Below are positions 18,023-25,724 of a stretch of DNA of 40,273 nucleotides, one piece after another. The stretch comes from an uncultured bacterium (GTDB taxonomy: Bacteria > Krumholzibacteriota > Krumholzibacteriia > WVZY01): contig CAZYCB010000148.1 in the NCBI GenBank assembly GCA_964645735.1, forward strand, positions 1-40,273. The letters run 5' to 3'. The position numbers and the translations under genes are program-made. Positions within the stretch are counted from its first letter, which is position 1; every line of letters starts with the position of its first letter. Below the pieces are notes generated by a model, which saw only the letters and a list, made by a program, of their open reading frames with translations, made no database searches and was not told the DNA's origin.

Positions 18023-18646
18023 ATGGTTGATTTTCGTCTCTACCTGATCACGGACCGGCGCGTATCCGGAACGCAGCCGCTCGAGGACGCCGTCGACCAT
18101 GCGTGCCGCGGAGGGGTGCGTGCCGTACAGCTTCGCGAAAAAGACCTCGATGCGAAATCTCTCCACGACCTGGCCGTTCGCCTCAGGAAGATCACGGCGT
18201 CGCACGGCGCGGCGCTCTTCGTCAACGACCGTTTGGACATCGCGATGGCGGTTGGCGCCGACGGCATCCACTCGCCCGAGAATGGATTTCCCCCGGCGGC
18301 GGTGCGGCGAATCGCAGGGGAACGGATCCTCGCAGGCGTGAGCACGCATTCGCTCGAAAGCGCGCGCGGAGCCGAGGAAGAAGGCGCTGATTTCATCACT
18401 TTCGGACCCGTCTTCGAAACACCATCCAAACTCGCATACGGTCCTCCGCACGGGCTCGAGATGCTGAGGCGCGTCGCGGGAGGCGTGAAAATCCCCGTGT
18501 TCGCGTTGGGCGGCATCACTCCCGAGCGCGCCCGGCCGTGTATCGAAAGCGGCGCGAGCGGCGTCGCTGTCATTTCCGCCGTTCTCGCGTCGATCGACAT
18601 CGACCGAACGCTCCGCGAGTTCGAGAACGAGCTGGGGACGCTCTAG
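18023..18646 (+). CDS. ThiE-family protein, probably TenI-like thiazole tautomerase
   Basis: It has the ThiE/TenI TIM-barrel pattern (LYLITD, VQLREK, VNDRLDIA, GGI). It carries GIHSPENGF where ThiE has HLGQxD, and FGPVFETPSK resembles B. subtilis TenI FGHVFETDCK. Confidence 0.7.
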   Translation: MVDFRLYLITDRRVSGTQPLEDAVDHACRGGVRAVQLREKDLDAKSLHDLAVRLRKITASHGAALFVNDRLDIAMAVGADGIHSPENGFPPAAVRRIAGERILAGVSTHSLESARGAEEEGADFITFGPVFETPSKLAYGPPHGLEMLRRVAGGVKIPVFALGGITPERARPCIESGASGVAVISAVLASIDIDRTLREFENELGTL

Positions 18647-18659
18647 GAACAGGGTGACA

Positions 18660-19310
18660 ATGACCCAGAGAATCGGACGCCTTCACGTGCTGACGGACGA
18701 AACCGTCCAGAGCCGCTTCACGCACGTCGAGCTTGCCGAGATGGCGATCGCCGGAGGGGCGGACACGATCCAGTTTCGGGACAAGAAGAGAAGCACGAAG
18801 GAGCTCGTCAAAATTGCCGAGACCCTCCAGCGCGTGTGCCGCGCGAGAAACGTGCCGCTCATCATCAACGATCGCGTGGACATCGCGCTCGCCGTCGGTG
18901 CCGACGGCGTTCACCTCGGTCAGCGGGATATCCCCGTGGCCGTGGCGCGAGCACTTCTCGGACCGGCGAGGATCATCGGCGCGACGGCGGCCACGCTCGA
19001 CGAGGCGATCGCCGTTCAGAACGAAGGCGCCGACTATCTGGGGTTCGGCCACATCTACCCGACGGCATCCAAGCAGAAACGCGGAGATCCGAAGGGACCC
19101 GCGGCCGTGGCGGAGATCTGCGGGGCGCTTACCATTCCTGTCATTGCCATCGGCGGCATCGACCATAAAAACTTTTTACCCGTGTTGGAGGCAGGCGTGT
19201 GGGGCATCGCCGTCATAGCGGCTGTCTGCGCCGCGGCGGATCCGACGCTCGCCGCGCGGGAACTCAAGGACGGGATCGATTCGAAGTTCAAACGAAGGAG
19301 CGAGTCGTGA
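18660..19310 (+). CDS. thiE: Thiamine-phosphate synthase
   Basis: The canonical ThiE motifs are present: [49 protein letters not shown] 18660 is preferred over the in-frame GTG 18654, but the start is uncertain. Confidence 0.85.
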   Translation: MTQRIGRLHVLTDETVQSRFTHVELAEMAIAGGADTIQFRDKKRSTKELVKIAETLQRVCRARNVPLIINDRVDIALAVGADGVHLGQRDIPVAVARALLGPARIIGATAATLDEAIAVQNEGADYLGFGHIYPTASKQKRGDPKGPAAVAEICGALTIPVIAIGGIDHKNFLPVLEAGVWGIAVIAAVCAAADPTLAARELKDGIDSKFKRRSES

Positions 19311-20116
19311 TCAAGCAAGCGCTCACGATTGCGGGTTCGGATTCCGGGGGCGGTGCGGGAATACAAGCGGACATCAAGACGTTCCACGCCCACGGCGTCT
19401 TCGGCGCGTCAGTTGTGACGGCGATCACCGCGCAGAACACGGTGGCGGTGACGAAGGCGTTCGACCTGCCGCTCGATCTCATCGAGTCCCAGCTCGACGC
19501 GGTGTTCGACGATCTCGACATCGCTGCGGCCAAAACCGGGATGCTCTCGTCCGCCGGGATCGTCGAAACGGTCGCAGCGGCCCTTCGGGAACGACGGCTC
19601 GAGACACTTGTCGTCGACCCCGTGATGATTTCGAAAAGCGGGTACAGGCTCCTCAGGGACGACGCCATCGAGAGTCTGAAGAAGCACATTCTCCCGCTCG
19701 CCCTCATCGTCACTCCGAACATCCACGAGGCCGAGCTTCTCTCGGGTGTGAGGATCGACACGGTGGACAAGATGAAGCTCGCCGCCGAGAGCATACGCGA
19801 ATCGGGGCCGCGAAACGTGCTGGTCAAAGGCGGGCATGCGTCTTTCGACAGGGCGACCGACATCCTCTTCGATGGGGAGCGGTTTCACGAGTTCGCGTCC
19901 GTGTTCATCGAGACGAAGAACACCCACGGTACGGGATGCACGTACTCCGCCGCCATCACGGCCCGACTCGCGCTGGGCGAGCCTCTGCTCGAGGCGATCG
20001 CGCATGCCAAAACGTACATCACGCGCGCGATCGCGCGGGCTCTCCCGATCGGAAAAGGCCACGGCCCGACGAATCACTTCTACTTTCTGGGATCGGATGA
20101 CTTCTTGAAAGGGTGA
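19307..20116 (+). CDS. thiD: Hydroxymethylpyrimidine / phosphomethylpyrimidine kinase
   Basis: GTG 19307 overlaps the thiE stop (GTGA), with AAGGAG 6 nt upstream. (V/M)[25 protein letters not shown] is the ThiD N-terminal signature. ...[10 protein letters not shown] is the ribokinase-family anion hole. Confidence 0.9.
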   Translation: MIKQALTIAGSDSGGGAGIQADIKTFHAHGVFGASVVTAITAQNTVAVTKAFDLPLDLIESQLDAVFDDLDIAAAKTGMLSSAGIVETVAAALRERRLETLVVDPVMISKSGYRLLRDDAIESLKKHILPLALIVTPNIHEAELLSGVRIDTVDKMKLAAESIRESGPRNVLVKGGHASFDRATDILFDGERFHEFASVFIETKNTHGTGCTYSAAITARLALGEPLLEAIAHAKTYITRAIARALPIGKGHGPTNHFYFLGSDDFLKG

Positions 20117-20123
20117 GGTGTGC

Positions 20124-20235
20124 GGGTGGGGCAGAAGGTCGTTGGGGGCCCAGCGCTCCGCTTCCCTCGGCTTCCCGCCGCGGGCGATCCTCGGTCGCTC
20201 CCGCGAAGGGTTCTCAACGACCTTCTGCCCCACCC
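20124..20235. repeat. 20-bp perfect inverted repeat enclosing copy A of a dispersed 48-nt repeat
   Basis: GGGTGGGGCAGAAGGTCGTT (20124-20143) is the exact reverse complement of 20216-20235. The element fills the whole gap between the convergent genes thiD and fpr. Its interior (20137-20184) matches 36865-36912. Confidence 0.8.
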
Positions 20236-21099
20236 CTACCAGTATCTCTCGAGGTGGATCTGGCCGGGACGGAGGCGTGTGTGCTCGGCGAAGCCGTCTT
20301 TCTCGAGGAGCTTCACCACCGATTCGATCATCCCCGGGCTCCCGCAGAGAAAAACGTGCGTGTTCTCCGGCCCTGGCGCGAATCCCCACTTTTCCCTCAG
20401 CACTCCCGACTGCCACACGTCCTGAACGTAACCGGTTCTGCCCTTCCACGGTTCAGCCTCGCTTTGCGGACGGCTGACGACGGGGAGGTACGTGAAGTTG
20501 GAGTGTTCCTTTTCCAGAGCGAGCATTTCCCCCCTGTAACCCAGATCCTGGCTCACGCGGACGCCGTGGAGAAGCGCGATTTTTCGCTCCGCGTTCGGTC
20601 CGAGAATCGTTCGCAGCATGCTCGCGAAGGGCGCGATTCCAGTGCCCGTGGCCAAGAAGACCAGATTCGCGTTCGCCGGTGCTCTCGACAGGACGAACGT
20701 TCCGATGATCTTGGGAGACAACCACAATCTGTCCCCCGGTTGAAGAGCGAAGAGACGCGGCGTGAGCGAGCCGCTTTGGATGAGCACGAGATAGAATTCG
20801 AGGTGATCGCTCTCCATGGGACTCGAAACGATCGAGTACGCCCGTTTGATGAGCTTCTCGGGGCGCTTGAGCGGCGGCTCCGGATCGGCCCCGGCCCACC
20901 GGGCCGCCGTGCCGGGCAGACCCAACGTCGCGTACTGCCCTGCCTCGAAACCAGGGAGAGTCCACCCTTCCGGCACCACATGGATCACCCATACACCTTC
21001 TCCGAGATCTCGGCGGTGCGTAACGATGGCGTTGAGCTCTGCTCTGGACACTGCGACCTCTCGTGTCTCGGGTCGTGTATTGCAGACCGGAGCGGCCAT
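20236..21099 (-). CDS. fpr: Ferredoxin/flavodoxin-NADP+ reductase, bacterial Fpr type
   Basis: Trimmed to ATG 21099. FAD motif RAYSIVS, NADP motif LATGTGIAPF, plus CGSPGM and the C-terminal ...ERYW typical of Fpr. Confidence 0.85.
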   Translation of the reverse strand: MAAPVCNTRPETREVAVSRAELNAIVTHRRDLGEGVWVIHVVPEGWTLPGFEAGQYATLGLPGTAARWAGADPEPPLKRPEKLIKRAYSIVSSPMESDHLEFYLVLIQSGSLTPRLFALQPGDRLWLSPKIIGTFVLSRAPANANLVFLATGTGIAPFASMLRTILGPNAERKIALLHGVRVSQDLGYRGEMLALEKEHSNFTYLPVVSRPQSEAEPWKGRTGYVQDVWQSGVLREKWGFAPGPENTHVFLCGSPGMIESVVKLLEKDGFAEHTRLRPGQIHLERYW

Positions 21100-21433
21100 A
21101 TCGGGCCGCGGTTCTGGAAATGACGGGACAGCGTTCGATCGAGAAACCCGGATCGCGGAATCTGCGGCGGGCGGTTCTCGACACCGCGGCCGCAGCAACG
21201 GGCTCCGAGTATAGCGCGCTTCGCCTTTTCGTCAACCGCGCAAAGCGATACCGTGCAAAGCGAGACGACAACCGACATACGTGCGGCGCCCTCGCCGGCA
21301 CCCACGCGCCGGAACAGCCCCACGCAGCGCGCGAGCGGTCGAACACGCCCCTCGCAACTCCATTCCCGTTGACACTCCAGCACCCCGGCGGGATACTGAA
21401 AGCCGGCCGATGGTTTGCGGCGCACGAAGACCT

Positions 21434-23230
21434 ATGGACGTCGCGACGACTATGCCTGCAGAAACGATTCCGACTCTCTTCCTCAAGGCCGTTGCGGCCT
21501 TCGACAAACCGGATGCCTTCCGGCGCAAGTCAGGCGGCATCTACACCGACGTATCGCACAGAGAAGCCCTCGATCTCGTGAAAAAGACGACGTGCGGCCT
21601 GCTCGCACTGGGGCTCGTGAAGGGCGACCGAGTCGGGCTCCTCTCCGAGAACCGATTCGAATGGGCGGTGGCCGACCTTGCGATCCTGTCGGCTGGGTGC
21701 GTCAACGTTCCGATTTACCCGACTCTGCCGCCGCAGCAGGTCGAGTACATCCTGCGTGACTCGGAGATCCGCGCGGCGTTCGTGTCCGGCCGCACTCAGT
21801 TGGACAAGATCGAGGCGGTGCGGACGCGTCTTCCCCATCTTCAGCACGTCTTCTCGTTCGACCGCATCGAGGGCCAGGCGGGCGTTCTGACGCTCGATGA
21901 ATTGATCCAGCGGGGCGCGGCCTCCGGGGACTCGTCCCTGTTCGAGAAACGCGTCGCGACCGTCGGAGCGGACGACTGGGCGAGCGTGATCTACACCTCG
22001 GGAACGACGGGAGATCCCAAGGGAGTCGTGCTGACCCATTCGAACTTCGTCTCGAATGTGATCGGCTGCACGGAAGCACTTCACGTCGACTCCAGCGACT
22101 CGTTTCTCTCTTTTCTCCCCTTGAGCCACGCGCTCGAACGGACCGGCGGGTACTACGTACCGCTCTTCAAGGGGGCGACGATTGCCTACGCGGAGAGTTA
22201 CAACGCGGTTCCCCAGAACCTTCGCGAGGTGCGTCCCACTTTTCTCGTGAGCGTTCCGCGTTTTTTCGAAAGACTTCACTCGCGAATCATGGACGCGGCG
22301 ACGCGCAGCTCCACGGCGAAGAAGAGAATGTTCTTCTGGGCCGTCGGCATAGGAAAGGCCTGCGCGGAGCCTCAGGGGGAAAGGCGCCGCCGGCCGGGGC
22401 TCGCAGTGGAGCGCTGGATCGCGGACAGGCTCGTCTTCAGAAAGCTCCGGGCCGAGACCGGCGGGAGACTCCGCCTCTGCATCTCGGGCGGAGCGCCGCT
22501 GCCCCGGGAGATCGCCGAATTCTTCTTCGCCATCGGGCTTCCCCTTCTGGAGGGCTACGGGACGACCGAAGCGTCTCCCGTCCTGGCGGTCAACACGCTC
22601 TCCAGCTACAAGATTGGAGCCGTGGGCAAGCCGCTCTCCGGAGTCGAGATCGCCTTCGCCGAAGATGGCGAGATCCTCGCCCGCGGACCCAACATCATGC
22701 GCGGATACTTCAACAAACCGGCACTCACCAACGAAGTGCTCCGCGACGGGTGGTACTACACCGGCGACATCGGTCACTTAGACGCAGATGGCTTTCTCGT
22801 GATCACCGACCGCAAGAAAGAGCTGATCGTCACTTCAGGCGGAAAAAAGGTAGCTCCTCAGCCGATCGAATGGCTTCTCAAGTCGAGCGACTACATCGCC
22901 GAGGCGATGCTCATCGGAGACACGCACAAGTTCGTCTCCGCGATCATCGTACCCCACTTCGAGAATCTCCACGCCTTCGCCGACGCGACCGGGATCACGT
23001 ACGCATCCGACGCCGAGCTCGTTCGCAACCCGGCGGTCGTGAAAAAGATCAGCGATGAGATCGCGAGCAGAAGCCAGAACCTCGCTGGCTACGAGCGCGT
23101 GCGAAAGTTCATCCTGCGGGACAAGAACTTTTCGCTCGAAGACAACGAGCTCACGCCGACCTTCAAAGTCAGACGCAGGGTAGTGGAGAAGAAATACGAG
23201 AACGAGATCAACGACCTGTACCGCGAATGA
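21434..23230 (+). CDS. Long-chain fatty-acid--CoA ligase (AMP-forming)
   Basis: AMP-binding motif YTSGTTGDPKGVVLTHSN, with GYGTTE, YYTGDIG and a C-terminal TPTFKVRR. The start is ATG 21434 or ATG 21452. A possible promoter (TTGACA, 17 nt, GATACT) lies near 21369. Confidence 0.9.
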   Translation: MDVATTMPAETIPTLFLKAVAAFDKPDAFRRKSGGIYTDVSHREALDLVKKTTCGLLALGLVKGDRVGLLSENRFEWAVADLAILSAGCVNVPIYPTLPPQQVEYILRDSEIRAAFVSGRTQLDKIEAVRTRLPHLQHVFSFDRIEGQAGVLTLDELIQRGAASGDSSLFEKRVATVGADDWASVIYTSGTTGDPKGVVLTHSNFVSNVIGCTEALHVDSSDSFLSFLPLSHALERTGGYYVPLFKGATIAYAESYNAVPQNLREVRPTFLVSVPRFFERLHSRIMDAATRSSTAKKRMFFWAVGIGKACAEPQGERRRRPGLAVERWIADRLVFRKLRAETGGRLRLCISGGAPLPREIAEFFFAIGLPLLEGYGTTEASPVLAVNTLSSYKIGAVGKPLSGVEIAFAEDGEILARGPNIMRGYFNKPALTNEVLRDGWYYTGDIGHLDADGFLVITDRKKELIVTSGGKKVAPQPIEWLLKSSDYIAEAMLIGDTHKFVSAIIVPHFENLHAFADATGITYASDAELVRNPAVVKKISDEIASRSQNLAGYERVRKFILRDKNFSLEDNELTPTFKVRRRVVEKKYENEINDLYRE

Positions 23231-23360
23231 CCCCCCGACAGATCGGAACACCGAGAAAACACCCCTCGTCAACAGCGCGGCGGTCAGCCACCCCGCCAAA
23301 CGAAGGCACAGGTTTTGCCAGCGCTGTCTTGCCGGCGGAGATGAACGAACCGGCGCCGAC

Positions 23361-23873
23361 ATGACGCATGAACGATTACATATCCGCGGGCTGGCCTGCA
23401 CCGCGATTCTCGCCGCCCTCGCGCTGGCGGTCCTCGCCTCGTGTTCCAGCGCGCCAAGGTACCAGGCTCGTCCCGGCGACGCGGGTCCACCCGCACCGAA
23501 CCGCGACGAGATTGTGCGATTTGCGAAGACGTTCGTCGGAACGCCGTATCGCCTGGGCGGCACCAGCCGCAAAGGTGTCGATTGTTCCGGCCTCGTGATT
23601 GCCGTTTACGGCGAGTTCGACATTCGTCTTCCCCGGACGTCGGTCGACCAGAGCCGTATCGGCGATGTCGTGGACCGATCGGGACTCGAGCCGGCAGACC
23701 TTCTTTTCTTCAAGACGGCCCGCAGAGACCCCGTCTCCCATGTCGGGATCTACATCGGTGGCGACAAGTTCGTCCACGCATCGACGAGCGAAAGAAGGGT
23801 TCGCGTCGATGCGCTCAGCGACGACTACTACAAACGCAGGTTCACCGTGGCTCGGCGCATCGTGGACGGATGA
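23361..23873 (+). CDS. NlpC/P60 (C40) cell-wall peptidase lipoprotein
   Basis: Signal peptide with lipobox LASC. Catalytic Cys in GVDCSGLV and His in SHVGIYIGGDKFVHAS. Confidence 0.9.
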   Translation: MTHERLHIRGLACTAILAALALAVLASCSSAPRYQARPGDAGPPAPNRDEIVRFAKTFVGTPYRLGGTSRKGVDCSGLVIAVYGEFDIRLPRTSVDQSRIGDVVDRSGLEPADLLFFKTARRDPVSHVGIYIGGDKFVHASTSERRVRVDALSDDYYKRRFTVARRIVDG

Positions 23874-24071
23874 GTGGAAAGACGCGCCATCGAGGCACGC
23901 GAACACGATGCGGTTCTCTCGTTTCGCCGGCGCCGCCCTCAAAATCGGGTGCACGACACCGCGTGCGAGGTCGAGATTCGAAATCTCCTTGACACCCCGG
24001 TACCGCCCGTGTTCCACTGATTCAGCACGTCCAGAAACTTCTGCAATCGATTTGCTTCTACGGAGATAATC

Positions 24072-24623
24072 GTGGAAAGTACACAGCGACGGCGTGACGA
24101 CCCTGTGGATGTATTCATAAACGGATGGGGCCGTATGGGCGCTTTCTGGGGCGTGGGGAAAGTCCAGGCGGAGATACAAGCGCTTCTCTATCTGAGCTCC
24201 CGGCCGCTGTGCCTCGACGACATGTCCAGCCGCCTCAAGACGAGCCGGAGCAACATCAGTTTGAATGTCCGTGCCCTTCAGAACCTCGGCGTCGTTCGCA
24301 AAGTCATCATCCCCGGCGACAGACGGGACTACTACGCAGCGGAGACCGAACTCGACAAGGTAGTGCGGCGGCTGGCGGCCGCGAAAAAGAGACGGGAGCT
24401 CGATCCCGCACTCGACGTCGTTGCACGCACGATACAGGCCGTTCGTGCCCGGCCGCAGGAGGATAGCGGGGCTCCAGGAAACGGAGACGGGGCGCTCGAC
24501 ACGGAACGTCTCGAGCAGCTCATGGGTCTGATGGAGAAGATACGCGACATCCTCGAGACGTTCATTGGCGACAAGACGACGGGCGGCGGATCGCGGGACG
24601 CGGTGAAGACCGAAAATACGTAG
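24072..24623 (+). CDS. GbsR/MarR-type winged-helix transcriptional regulator
   Basis: GTG start with GGAG 8 nt upstream. FINGWGRMGAFWGVGKVQAEIQALLYLSSRPLCLDDMSSRLKTSRSNISLNVRALQNLGVV matches the GbsR-family HTH pattern. Confidence 0.7.
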   Translation: MESTQRRRDDPVDVFINGWGRMGAFWGVGKVQAEIQALLYLSSRPLCLDDMSSRLKTSRSNISLNVRALQNLGVVRKVIIPGDRRDYYAAETELDKVVRRLAAAKKRRELDPALDVVARTIQAVRARPQEDSGAPGNGDGALDTERLEQLMGLMEKIRDILETFIGDKTTGGGSRDAVKTENT

Positions 24624-24626
24624 TGG

Positions 24627-25667
24627 GTGTATCGACACATGCTGGAAACCCTCAAGAAATACGAAGCGATGAACTCGATCATCGACCGGTGCAACGACCG
24701 CGTGCTCGACGTCATACAAGCGAGCACGGTCCGCGAGGCAAAAATAGCGGCGGAGAGTTTCTCGAACGGCGGCAAACGGCTTCGGCCCGCGCTGATGATC
24801 CTCTCGTCGCTCGTGGATTCGGGGGGGGCGATCGACTCCGTGGAGTCTCCGATGGTCGATCTTTCGGCGGCCATCGAGCTCGTCCATTTGGCCACGCTTT
24901 TCCACGACGACGTCATCGACGACGTCGACCGCCGGCGGTCGCAGGCGAACGCGCGGACGAAGTACGGCAACCATGTCTCGGTCCTCGCGGGGGATTTCGT
25001 GCTCACCGAGGCGCTGCTCCTCGTTCAGAAGAGCGGCCTCGCCCACACGATGCCGGAGTTCCTGCGGACGATAAGCGTTCTCGTTCAGGGCGAGAGCCGG
25101 GAGACTCTGCACAAGTTCGATTTCGACATCAACGAGGCGATGTACTACGAGATCATCTCCGAGAAGAGTGCGTCCCTTTTCGCCCTGAGCTGCAAGGTCG
25201 GCGGACTCGCCCGCCGATCGGAGTACTCCGATCTTCTCGGTCACTTCGGATGGAACCTCGGCATGGCGTTCCAGATGATCGACGACCTCGATGACATGCT
25301 CGACCTTCCCCGGGGGATGCTCGACTGCGACCTGAAGAACGGCTATCTCGCGCTCCCGCTGATCCGCGCGCTGGGAAGTCTGCAGGACGGGCATCGTGAC
25401 AAGCTCATCGAAACGATTCGCACGGGCGGCTTTACCATGGATGACGAGCGCCTGATCATCTCGCTCTGCCGGGACCGCGGCGGGTTCGACGTCGCCGCGC
25501 TCGAGATCCAGAAACATCTCGACCGTGCCTCGGAGACGATCGCGCGCCTCGGCGGTGGTGGCGACGCGCGGGACATTCTCGACGCGATTGTTATCGATCT
25601 CAGAACGTACTCGGATGCGCAGATGAACGACTTCGCTGCGTTCGCGAAGTCGGGCGCACAGGCCTGA
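24627..25667 (+). CDS. Long-chain trans-polyprenyl diphosphate synthase (hexa/hepta/octaprenyl class)
   Basis: First Asp-rich motif LATLFHDDVIDDVDRRR, with small residues at -4/-5 as in long-chain enzymes. Second motif FQMIDDLDD. The start could instead be ATG 24639. Confidence 0.9.
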   Translation: MYRHMLETLKKYEAMNSIIDRCNDRVLDVIQASTVREAKIAAESFSNGGKRLRPALMILSSLVDSGGAIDSVESPMVDLSAAIELVHLATLFHDDVIDDVDRRRSQANARTKYGNHVSVLAGDFVLTEALLLVQKSGLAHTMPEFLRTISVLVQGESRETLHKFDFDINEAMYYEIISEKSASLFALSCKVGGLARRSEYSDLLGHFGWNLGMAFQMIDDLDDMLDLPRGMLDCDLKNGYLALPLIRALGSLQDGHRDKLIETIRTGGFTMDDERLIISLCRDRGGFDVAALEIQKHLDRASETIARLGGGGDARDILDAIVIDLRTYSDAQMNDFAAFAKSGAQA

Positions 25668-25724
25668 CCCACTCGCCACTCTCTCGACCAAAAATCGGTT
25701 TCGTGATGGAAAGGAGTATCTGAC

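Noticed and set aside
20118-20477. Track ORFs sharing the peptide SASLGFPPR (20118..20477 and 36726..36980), as possible paralogous small proteins
   Set aside because: The shared peptide is simply the translation of the 48-nt intergenic DNA repeat. Both ORFs otherwise overlap real genes or hairpins.
21240-21263. Direct repeat GCAAAGCGA x2 (15-nt period) in the fpr / acyl-CoA ligase divergent region
   Set aside because: A 9-mer repeated once in a 330-nt GC-rich spacer is within chance expectation. It has no dyad symmetry and no known motif match.
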